Source of the DNA: Tubulanus polymorphus
Taxonomy: Eukaryota > Animalia > Nemertea
NCBI RefSeq assembly: GCF_964204645.1
Contig: NC_134026.1
Location: 24,152,150-24,216,149 of the forward strand
DNA: 64,000 nucleotides
Reading direction: 5' to 3'
The notes beneath the pieces were generated by a model, which ran no database searches, had not been told where the DNA came from, and saw nothing but the letters and a program-made list of their open reading frames with translations. Position numbers and translations under genes: made by a program. Position 1 is the stretch's first letter, and each line of letters begins with the position of its first letter. This document shows, piece after piece, positions 55,501-64,000 of the stretch.

Positions 55501-58500
55501 TGCCAGTACCCACTAGGGTCAATAGTTTGTATATGTCGGATTTTTTTAAAGTTCTGAAATATCAATTTTCCCTATGAGGGTCGAGTCATCGGTCCACGCG
55601 ATGCCAGTATCCACTAGGGTCATTGTATATGTCGGTTTGTTGAGGTTCTGAAATATCACTTTTCCCTATGAGGGTCGAGTCATCGGTCCACGCGATGCCA
55701 GTATCCACTAGGGTCAATAGTTTGTATATGTCGGTTTATTGAGGTTCTCAAATATCAATTTTCCCTATGAGGGTCGAGTCATCGGTCCACGCGATGCCAG
55801 TACCTACTAGGGTCAATAGTTTGTATATGTCGGTTTATTGAGGTTCTGAAATATCAATTTTCCCTATGAGGGTCGAGTCATCGGTCCACGCGATGCCAGT
55901 ACCTACTAGGGTCAATAGTTTGTATATGTCGGTTTATTGAGGTTCTGAAATATCAATTTTCCCTATCAGGGTCGAGTCATCGGTCCACGCGATGCCAGTA
56001 TCCACTAGGGTCAATAGTTTGTATATGTCGGGTTTTTTTAAAGTTCTGAAATATCAATTTTCCCTATGAGGGTCGAGTCGTCGGTCCATGCGATGCCAGT
56101 ACCCACTAGGGTCATTGTATATGTCGGTTTATTGAGGTTCTCAAATATCAATTTTCCCTATCAGGGTCGAGTCATCGGTCCACGCGATGCCAGTATCCAC
56201 TAGGGTCAATAGTTTGTATATGTCGGGTTTTTTTAAAGTTCTGAAATATCAATTTTCCCTATGAGGGTCGAGTCGTCGGTCCATGCGATGCCAGTACCCA
56301 CTAGGGTCATTGTATATGTCGGTTTATTGAGGTTCTCAAATATCAATTTTCCCTATCAGGGTCGAGTCATCGGTCCACGCGATGCCAGTATCCACTAGGG
56401 TCAATAGTTTGTATATGTCGGGTTTTTTTAAAGTTCTGAAATATCAATTTTCCCTATGAGGGTCGAGTCATCGGTCCACGCGATGCCAGTACCCACTAGG
56501 GTCAATAGTTTGTATATGTCGGATTTTTTTAAAGTTCTGAAATATCAATTTTCCCTATGAGGGTCGAGTCATCGGTCCACGCGATGCCAGTACCCACTAG
56601 GGTCATTGTATATGTCGGTTTATTGAGGTTCTCAAATATCAATTTTCCCTATCAGGGTCGAGTCATCGGTCCACGCGATGCCAGTATCCACTAGGGTCAA
56701 TAGTTTGTATATGTCGGGTTTTTTTAAAGTTCTGAAATATCAATTTTCCCTATGAGGGTCGAGTCATCGGTCCACGCGATGCCAGTATCCACTAGGGTCA
56801 ATAGTTTGTATATGTCGGGTTTTTTTAAAGTTCTGAAATATCAATTTTCCCTATGAGGGTCGAGTCATCGGTCCACGCGATGCCAGTACCCACTAGGGTC
56901 AATAGTTTGTATATGTCGGATTTTTTTAAAGTTCTGAAATATCAATTTTCCCTATGAGGGTCGAGTCATCGGTCCACGCGATGCCAGTACCCACTAGGGT
57001 CAATAGTTTGTATATGTCGGGTTTTTTTAAAGTTCTGAAATATCAATTTTCCCTATGAGGGTCGAGTCATCGGTCCACGCGATGCCAGTATCCACTAGGG
57101 TCAATAGTTTGTATATGTCGGGTTTTTTTAAAGTTCTGAAATATCAATTTTCCCTATGAGGGTCGAGTCATCGGTCCACGCGATGCCAGTACCCACTAGG
57201 GTCAATAGTTTGTATATGTCGGATTTTTTTAAAGTTCTGAAATATCAATTTTCCCTATGAGGGTCGAGTCATCGGTCCACGCGATGCCAGTACCCACTAG
57301 GGTCAATAGTTTGTATATGTCGGGTTTTTTTAAAGTTCTGAAATATCAATTTTCCCTATGAGGGTCGAGTCATCGGTCCACGCGATGCCAGTATCCACTA
57401 GGGTCAATAGTTTGTATATGTCGGGTTTTTTTAAAGTTCTGAAATATCAATTTTCCCTATGAGGGTCGAGTCATCGGTCCACGCGATGCCAGTACCCACT
57501 AGGGTCAATAGTTTGTATATGTCGGATTTTTTTAAAGTTCTGAAATATCAATTTTCCCTATGAGGGTCGAGTCATCGGTCCACGCGATGCCAGTACCCAC
57601 TAGGGTCAATAGTTTGTATATGTCGGGTTTTTTTAAAGTTCTGAAATATCAATTTTCCCTATGAGGGTCGAGTCATCGGTCCACGCGATGCCAGTATCCA
57701 CTAGGGTCAATAGTTTGTATATGTCGGGTTTTTTTAAAGTTCTGAAATATCAATTTTCCCTATGAGGGTCGAGTCATCGGTCCACGCGATGCCAGTACCC
57801 ACTAGGGTCATTGTATATGTCGGTTTATTGAGGTTCTGAAATATCAATTTTCCCTATGAGGGTCGAGTCATCGGTCCACGCGATGCCAGTACCCACTAGG
57901 GTCATTGTATATGTCGGTTTGTTGAGGTTCTGAAATTTCAATTTTCCCTATCAGGGTCGAGTCATCGGTCCACGCGATGCCAGTACCCAATAGGGTCAAT
58001 AGTTTGTATATGTCGGGTTTTTTAAAGTTCTGAAATATCAATTTTCCCTATCAGGGTCGAGTCATCGGTCCACGCGATGCCAGTACCCACTGGGGCCAAT
58101 ACTTTGTATGTAATACGTACATTTGTTTTCTAAAGGTATAGATTTTCAGCTCAGAAGATTATTCCATGAGATGGTTTATGGCAAGAAGATGGTTTCAAGA
58201 AGATAATTCCATGGCAAAGTCTATCCCCGTATCATAGGCCCTTATAAGGGCCACTCATATGTCCAGAAAGAGCAGTTTGTGCAGCGCCTCCTCGCTTTGC
58301 TTCAAATTTTTACATTTAACTTCATATAAGTAGCCAACGAAAGGAGGTATAAACCGTGAGAAATTTTAATGAAACGTCATTTTCATTAATTATGTTTTAC
58401 GTGTTCGTGTTCGTTTTGAATATCGCTCCATGGTGCAAATGTTTATTGCAATACCACGTAAAAACCAATGCACAGACTTCTGCCTAACATCAACTTATAG

Positions 58501-61500
58501 ATATTAAAAAAAATTCAGATAAAAGAAATTCTTTTTGTCTTAAGTCAACTTAAAGAATAGAGTTTCCTGAATATTATACTTGATTTTCAGAAAGCCTCAG
58601 GTTTTAGTTTTAGAGAAATTTGATTTTGAATTTTTACTTTTTAAATATCGAGCCATGATGCAATCGTGTATTGAAATGACGCGTTTTTTACTATGATCGA
58701 ATCAATGCACAGACATCTGCCTTAAATAAACTTAAAGAATAGTTTCCTGAATACTATACTGGATTTTCAGAAAGCCTCAGGTTTTAGTTTAAGAGGAATT
58801 TGATTTTGAATTTTAAATTTCTGAATATCACGCCATGATGCAATCGTGTATTGAAATGACGCGTTTTTTTACTATGATCAAATCAATGCACAGACATCTG
58901 CCTTAAATCAACCTAAAGAATAGAGTTTCCTTATTAATATACTTGATTTTCGGAAAGCCTCAGGTTTTAGTTTTAGAGAAATTTTATTTTGAAATTTAAA
59001 TTTCTGAATATCGCGCCATGATGCAATCGTGTATTGAAATGACGCGTTTTTTTACTATGATCAAATCAATGCACAGACATCTGCCTTGAATCAACTTAAA
59101 GAATAGAGTTTCCTGAATATTATACTGGATTTTCAGAAAGCCTCAGGTTTTAGTTTTAGAGAAACATGATTTTGAATTTTAACTTTTTAAATATCGCGCA
59201 ATGATGCAATTGTGTATTGAAATGACGCGTTTTTTTACTATGATCAAATCAATGCACAGACATCTGCCTTAAATCATCTTAAAGAATAGAGTTTCCTGAA
59301 TATTATACTAGATTTTCAGAAAGCCTCGGGTTTTAGTTTAAGAGGAATTTGATTTTGAATTTTTACTTTTTAAATATCGTGCCATGATGTAATCGTGTAT
59401 TGAAATGACGCGTTTTTTACTATGATCGAATCAATGCACAGACATCTGCCTTAAATAAACTTAAAGAATAGTTTCCTGAATATTATACTGGATTTTCAGA
59501 AAGCCTCAGGTTTTAGTTTAAGAGGAATTTGATTTTGAATTTTAACTTTTTAAATATCGCGCAATGATGCAATCGCGTATTGAAATGACGCGTTTTTTTT
59601 ACTATGATCAAATCAATGCACAGACATCTGCCTTGAATCAACTTAAAGAATAGAGTTTGCTTATTAATATACTTGATTTTCAGACAGCCTCAGGTTTTAG
59701 TTTTAGAGAAATTTGATTTTGAAATTTAAATTTCTGAATATCGCGCCATGATGCAATCGTGTATTGAAATGACGCATTTTTTTACTATGATCAAATCAAT
59801 GCACAGACATCTGCCTTAAATCAACTTAAAGAATAGAGTTTCCTTATTAATATACTTGATTTTCAGACAGCCTCAGGTTTTAGTTTTAGAGAAATTTGAT
59901 TTTGAAATTTAAATTTCTGAATATCGCGCCATGATGCAATCGTGTATTGAAATGACGCGTTTTTTTACTATGATCAAATCAATGCACAGACATCTGCCTT
60001 AAATCAACTTAAAGAATAGAGTTTCCTGAATATTATACTGGATTTTCAGAAAGCCTCAGGTTTTAGTTTAAGAGGAATTTGATTTTGAATTTTAACTTTT
60101 TAAATATCGCGCAATGATGCAATCGTGTATTGAAATGACGCGTTTTTTTACTATGATCAAATCAATGCACAGACATCTGCCTTAAATCAACTTAAAGAAT
60201 AGAGTTTCCTGAATATTATACTGGATTTTCAGAAAGCCTCAGGTTTTAGTTTAAGAGGAATTTGATTTTGAATTTTAACTTTTTAAATATCGCGCAATGA
60301 TGCAATCGTGTATTGAAATGACGCGTTTTTTTACTATGATCAAATCAATGCACAGACATCTGCCTTAAATCAACTTAAAGAATAGAGTTTCCTGAATATT
60401 ATACTTGATTTTCAGAAAGCCTCAGGTTTTAGTTTTAGAGAAATTTGATTTTGAATTTTAATTTTTAAATACTGCGCCTTGATGCAGTCGTGTATTGAAA
60501 TATTGCATTTTTTACTATGATCAAATCATTGCACAGACATCTGCCTTAAAGAATAGAGTTTCCTTTATAATATTCTCGATTTTCAGAAAGCCTCAGGTTT
60601 TAGATTAATGGAATTTTATTTTTTGAAATTTAAATTTCTGAATATCGCGCAATGATGCAATCGTGTATTGAAATGACGCGTTTTTTTTACTATGAAAAAA
60701 TCAATGCACAGACATCTGCCTTGAATCAACTTAAAGACTAGAGTTAATATACTTAATTATCCTCAGGTTTGAGTTTAAGAGAAATTTGATTTTTAATTTT
60801 AATTTTTGAATATCGTGCCACGATGCTATCGTCTATTGAAATGACGCATTTTTTACTATAATCAAACCAATGCACAGACATCTGCTTTACATCAACTTTA
60901 CATCAGAGTGTGCTTATTAATATACTTAATTTTAAGGAAGTCTCAGGTTTCAGAGTTTCAGAGAAATCTCATTATGAATTTTAGCTTTTTAAATATCACC
61001 CAATGATGCAATCGTGTATTGAAATGACGCGTTTTTTACTATGATCAAATCAATGCACAGACATCTGCCTTAAATCAACTTAAAGAATAGAGTTTCCTGA
61101 ATATTATACTGGATTTTCAGAAAGCCTCAGATTTTAGTTTTAGAGAAATTTGATTTTGAATTTTAACTTTTTAAATATCGTGCCATGATGCAATTGTGTA
61201 TTGAAATGACGCGTTTTTTTACTATGATCAAATCAATGCACAGACATCTGCTTTGAATCAACTTAAAGAATAGAGTTTGCTTATTGATATACTTAATTTT
61301 CAGGAACCCTCAGGTTTTAGTTTTAGAGAAATTTAATCTTGAAATTTAAATTTCTGAATATCGCGCCATGATGCAATCGTGTATTGAAATGACGCGTTTT
61401 TTTACTATGATCAAATCAATGCACAGACATCTGCCTTAAATCAACTTAAAGAATAGAGTTTCCTGAATATTATACTGGATTTTCAGAAAGCCTCAGGTTT

Positions 61501-63303
61501 TAGTTTAAGAGGAATTTGATTTTGAATTTTAACTTTTTAAATATCGCGCAATGATGCAATCGTGTATTGAAATGACGCGTTTTTTTACTATGATCAAATC
61601 AATGCACAGACATCTGCCTTAAATCAACTTAAAGAATAGAGTTTCCTGAATATTATACTTGATTTTCAGAAAGCCTCAGGTTTTAGTTTAAGAGTAATTT
61701 GATTTTGAATTTTAACTTTTTAAATATCGCGCAATGATGCAATCGCGTATTGAAATGACGCGTTTTTTTTACTATGATCAAATCAATGCACAGACATCTG
61801 CCTTAAATAAACTTAAAGAATAGTTTCCTGAATATTATACTGGATTTTCAGAAAGCCTCAGGTTTTAGTTTTAGAGAAATTTAATTTTGAAATTTAAATT
61901 TCTGAATATCGCGCCATGATGCAATCGTGTATTGAAATGACGCGTTTTTTTACTATGATCAAATCAATGCACAGACATCTGCCTTAAATAAACTTAAAGA
62001 ATAGTTTCCTGAATATTATACTGGATTTTCAGAAAGCCTCAGGTTTTAGTTTTAGAGAAATTTGATTTTGAATTTTAATTTTTAAATACTGCCCCTTGAT
62101 GCAGTCGTGTATTGAAATATTGCATTTTTTACTATGATCAAATCATTGCACAGACATCTGCCTTAAAGAATAGAGTTTCCTTTATAATATTCTCGATTTT
62201 CAGAAAGCCTCAGGTTTTAGATTAATGGAATTTTATTTTTTGAAATTTAAATTTCTGAATATCGCGCAATGATGCAATCGTGTATTGAAATGACGCGTTT
62301 TTTTTACTATGAAAAAATCAATGCACAGACATCTGCCTTGAATCAACTTAAAGACTAGAGTTAATATACTTAATTATCCTCAGGTTTGAGTTTAAGTTTA
62401 ATTTTTGAATATCGTGCCACGATGCTATCATCTATTGAAATGACGCATTTTTTACTATGATCAAACCAATGCACAGACATCTGCTTTACATCAACTTTAC
62501 ATCAGAGTGTGCTTATTAATATACTTAATTTTAAGGAAGTCTCAGGTTTCAGAGTTTCAGAGAAATCTCATTATGAATTTTAACTTTTTAAATATCACGC
62601 AATGATGCAATCGTGTATTGAAATGACGCGTTTTTTACTATGATCAAATCAATGCACAGACATCTGCCTTAAATCAACTTAAAGAATAGAGTTTCCTTAA
62701 TGATATACTTAATTTTCAGGAACCCTGAGGTTTTAGTTTTAGAGAAATTTGATTTTGAATTTTAATGTTAACATGTTGAGCCATGATGCAATCGTGCGTT
62801 GAAATATTGCGTATTTTTTACTATGAACAAATGAAGACATCTGCTTTAAATCAACTCGAAGAATAGAGAAATTAATTTTCAGGTAGCATTGTTTTACTTT
62901 TATAGACATAGTTGAATTTTAACAGGCATAATTGATGTAAAATACATTTCGATGAAAATCTATGAAATTTACGAAAATCACTACACATTTTAATTATATA
63001 AAACAATTATTGATCACTCTTCTGCCCCGGTGACTTTATTGAATGATCGTCGTTTCGTCCGGTCAAAGTGTTAAGTTATACATTTCATGTCAACCAGTAT
63101 CTACAGGCAGCTATACAGTGTGTACACACTATATCTGAATACGAGGCTGGAATAACAGGCTCACTTCACGATAGTGGCGCAAGCCCCTGTTTAGCCTCTG
63201 CAGTTTTCAAAAATGTCTTGAACAATTTATTCATTGTGTACTTAAACAAAATATAAATCATGCTTATGCTTACCAAATCAACATAACCCCTTGTTTCGGA
63301 CAT
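32686..63303 (-). CDS. MUS81-like structure-specific endonuclease (HhH, winged helix, ERCC4) with a long disordered C-terminus and terminal CUE-like domain. Exon 1 at 63303-63274, exon 2 at 36936-36778, small exons to ~34779, last exon 34639-32686
   Basis: N-terminal HhH-like RAIVSL..IPLKSVKQATQLEGIGNVLADKL. ERCC4 motifs VILLVDTQE, LKTGDYQW, LVERKRGDDLANSIVDGRF..Q..KM, YLIEG, FSVIRTQDI. Exon 1 MSETRGYVDL|gtaagc joins in phase 0 to ttttcag|RHKF. Boundaries of the internal small exons are approximate. Confidence 0.82.
37027..37133 (+). repeat. Left terminal inverted repeat (107 bp)
   Basis: Reverse complement of 63069-63175. Confidence 0.95.
37310..38480 (+). repeat. Left subterminal tandem array, ~182-bp monomer, ~6 copies
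   Basis: Recurring CACGATTGCATCATGGCGCGATATTCAGAAATTTAAA...AAACTAAAACCTGAGG...GATGTCTGTGCATTGATTTG. Confidence 0.93.
39649..41505 (-). CDS. SGNH/GDSL-type hydrolase (transposon cargo); exons 41505-41284, 41199-41026, 39927-39649 (alternative upstream ATG at 41526)
   Basis: Block I ILLSDSM, block III VWVGTND, P..KILLLPIFPR and block V DGLH. Both introns are phase-0 GT-AG and give an uninterrupted frame. Confidence 0.8.
41860..42079. repeat. Perfect tandem duplication, 2 x 110 bp
   Basis: TGGAATATAACATTC...ACACAGCGAAAT repeated at 41860 and 41970. Confidence 0.92.
42850..43480 (-). mobile_element. 5'-truncated Penelope-like retroelement (GIY-YIG endonuclease C-terminus plus 3' region)
   Basis: CKDCNMMYIGETGRNLSQRIKEH...IANH...H.FDF...RHIVESALI...N.NTG (ORF 43157-43462), followed by a hammerhead motif. 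Element ends are approximate. Confidence 0.85.
42900..42941 (-). ncRNA. Minimal type I hammerhead ribozyme (Penelope-associated)
   Basis: Minus strand reads CCAC-CUGAUGA-U-GGCUGUU-AGUC-AACAGCC-GAAA-CGUU-GUGG: stem I, intact core, 7-bp stem II and palindromic ACGU stem III. Confidence 0.85.
43822..44038. mobile_element. Degenerate MITE; same terminal family as 48598-49674
   Basis: AAAAATGATGCCTTGTTTC ... GAAACAAGGTATCAATTTTTTTAGGC followed by TTAA; internal GCGGCCGGGTCAA repeats. Confidence 0.45.
46080..46400 (+). repeat. Degenerate internal copy of the 182-bp monomer followed by a TIR-like relic
   Basis: AAAACCTGAGG, TTTCTCTCAAACTAAAACCTGA and ATTGATTTGTTCATAGTTAGA match the monomer. ACACACTGTAAGGGCTGACTGTAG resembles TIR ACACACTGTATAGCTGCCTGTAG. 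Confidence 0.6.
46476..46540. repeat. (TA)n microsatellite, ~32 units
   Basis: Pure TA run. Confidence 0.98.
46690..55104 (+). CDS. Multidomain transposase, ~1851 aa, 2 exons (46690-46968, 49828-55104): PHD finger, USP (peptidase C19), NOF/MULE-like DDE core, Ulp1 (peptidase C48)
   Basis: PHD YCYCQEP..MVECDYCGNWFH..C..CSSC. USP Cys box GIVNIKNTCWLISAIQ and His box VIVHRG...SGHYVTY..FDDS. DDE core YYDATGS, ISADRS, GCCHLMK, TQGLIEEFW. Ulp1 WLTDEVI, NHHWV, YLDP, QIDLSNCGVYIC. The long ORF lacks an initial ATG, but tttgtag|GAA at 49828 is in frame with CCG|gtaagt at 46968. Confidence 0.87.
48598..49674. mobile_element. Degenerate non-autonomous DNA element (TTAA-flanked left end, Kolobok-like) in the transposase intron
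   Basis: TTAA|GGCAAAAAAATGATACCCTGTTTC ... GAAACAAGGTATCATTTTAGGCC inverted termini with subterminal CCGACCG-type repeats. Confidence 0.4.
48790..48830 (-). pseudogene. tRNA-derived fragment (3' half; SINE or pseudo-tRNA)
   Basis: Minus strand GCGTAGGTTCAAGTCCCGAC contains a T-loop/B-box. No complete cloverleaf. Confidence 0.35.
55130..58110 (+). repeat. Minisatellite, 94-101-bp unit, ~30 copies, directly after the transposase stop codon
   Basis: Unit GGGTCGAGTCATCGGTCCACGCGATGCCAGTACCCACTAGGGTCAATAGTTTGTATATGTCGG...TTCTGAAATATCAATTTTCCCTATGA; period 101 (e.g. 57059 to 57160) with shorter variants. Confidence 0.97.
58400..62880 (-). repeat. Right subterminal tandem array, ~182-bp monomer, ~24 copies, inverted relative to the left array
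   Basis: Recurring ATCAATGCACAGACATCTGCC at 181-183-bp spacing; reverse complement of the 37310-38480 monomer. Confidence 0.96.
63069..63175 (-). repeat. Right terminal inverted repeat (107 bp)
   Basis: Reverse complement of 37027-37133; followed by TSD GGCGCAAGC. Confidence 0.95.
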
Positions 63304-64000
63304 TTCGAATGATTACTAAGGGCCTACAGATTCTCACAAAATTTAATTATGAACATTTTGATTTATAACAAAAATTGTTGATTGCGGATGTAATAAAACT
63401 TAGTATTCACTAATGATCGGTTGTCGACCTTTGCTTAAACCCGGACTCTGCGCGTTACTCTTCTTCACGGCACCGCAGTCCTTATTTCACTGCGTTTGAG
63501 ATTTCACTATTGGTTTTCGTTATTCCATATTGGTGTACTGGCTAATTGGTGGACCTTGCAGCAACTGTTGCTGGGGTATTCGAAATTGCAAAAACTGGAA
63601 AAAAAACAGCGTAAAAATGGTCTTGTCTTGCACTTTTTTTTTGTCAATCTTGTAGACTCAGTCTATCGACAAGCTTTTTTTGACTCAACACCTTGGATAA
63701 AACACATCAAGAATGGATGGGAATAGCAGCATTCAAAACCAAACAAAACTACATGAAAACCAAATGGCAATGCAGAGGCAGAAAAACAAACATATGTAAA
63801 TATTTACAAAAGGTTGTTTATTTTACATGATTACAAAAATGTGTACTTCATAAACATTAAACACTATTCACAATTCAATATCAATTATTGATCAGATTTT
63901 TCTGTTCTAGCTCAAAGCTAAATGCGTGAATCATATATACATGAACATCCAGTGTATGGCATTCTATCAGTAGCATCATATCCTTTCTTGAGACTCAAGC

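Larger units (their letters stand above)
37027..63175 (+). mobile_element. Giant (26,149 bp) Mutator-superfamily, Foldback/NOF-like DNA transposon with cargo
   Basis: 107-bp TIRs (37027-37133 and 63069-63175, differing only at positions 3-5), 9-bp direct repeat GGCGCAAGC (37018-37026 and 63176-63184), inverted subterminal tandem arrays, and an internal DDE transposase ORF. Confidence 0.9.

Noticed and set aside
55130-58110. CRISPR-like regular array
   Set aside because: The sequence between the conserved cores is itself repeated, so there are no unique spacers. There are no cas genes and the context is eukaryotic.
63167-63176. CACTA-like right terminus suggesting an EnSpm/CMC element
   Set aside because: It requires borrowing a TSD base, the left end reads CACCT, the TSD is 9 bp rather than 2-3 bp, and the transposase motifs are NOF/MULE-like.
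63068-63256. ORF sharing the peptide LSYTFHVNQYLQAAIQCVHTISEYEAGITGSLH with ORF 36715-37311
   Set aside because: The shared peptide is just the TIR read inward-out at both ends. Only 36936-36778 of the longer ORF is a real exon.

Overview
AT-rich, intron-containing animal (invertebrate-like) genomic DNA. The first 37 kb holds six spliced host genes: an SLC7 LAT-type amino-acid transporter (+), RPS7 (-) head-to-head with RNASEH1 (+), Elongin C (-) head-to-head with ZRANB1/TRABID (+), and a MUS81-like ERCC4 nuclease (-) with an atypical long tail ending in a CUE-like domain. Intron 1 of the MUS81-like gene is occupied by a complete 26,149-bp DNA transposon (37027-63175) with 107-bp TIRs, a 9-bp TSD (GGCGCAAGC) and inverted subterminal ~182-bp tandem arrays, i.e. 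a Foldback/NOF-like Mutator architecture. It encodes a spliced ~1851-aa protein fusing a PHD finger, a USP deubiquitinase, a DDE transposase and a Ulp1 SUMO protease. It also carries an intact spliced SGNH hydrolase gene, a ~101-bp minisatellite and a Penelope fragment with a hammerhead ribozyme. Other items: an H/ACA snoRNA in an RPS7 intron whose pocket matches LSU rRNA, a Penelope-derived double-hammerhead palindrome, four G-U-rich conserved hairpins in an SLC7 intron, and several MITEs. All calls come from reading the sequence and from recalled family motifs; no database searches were run.
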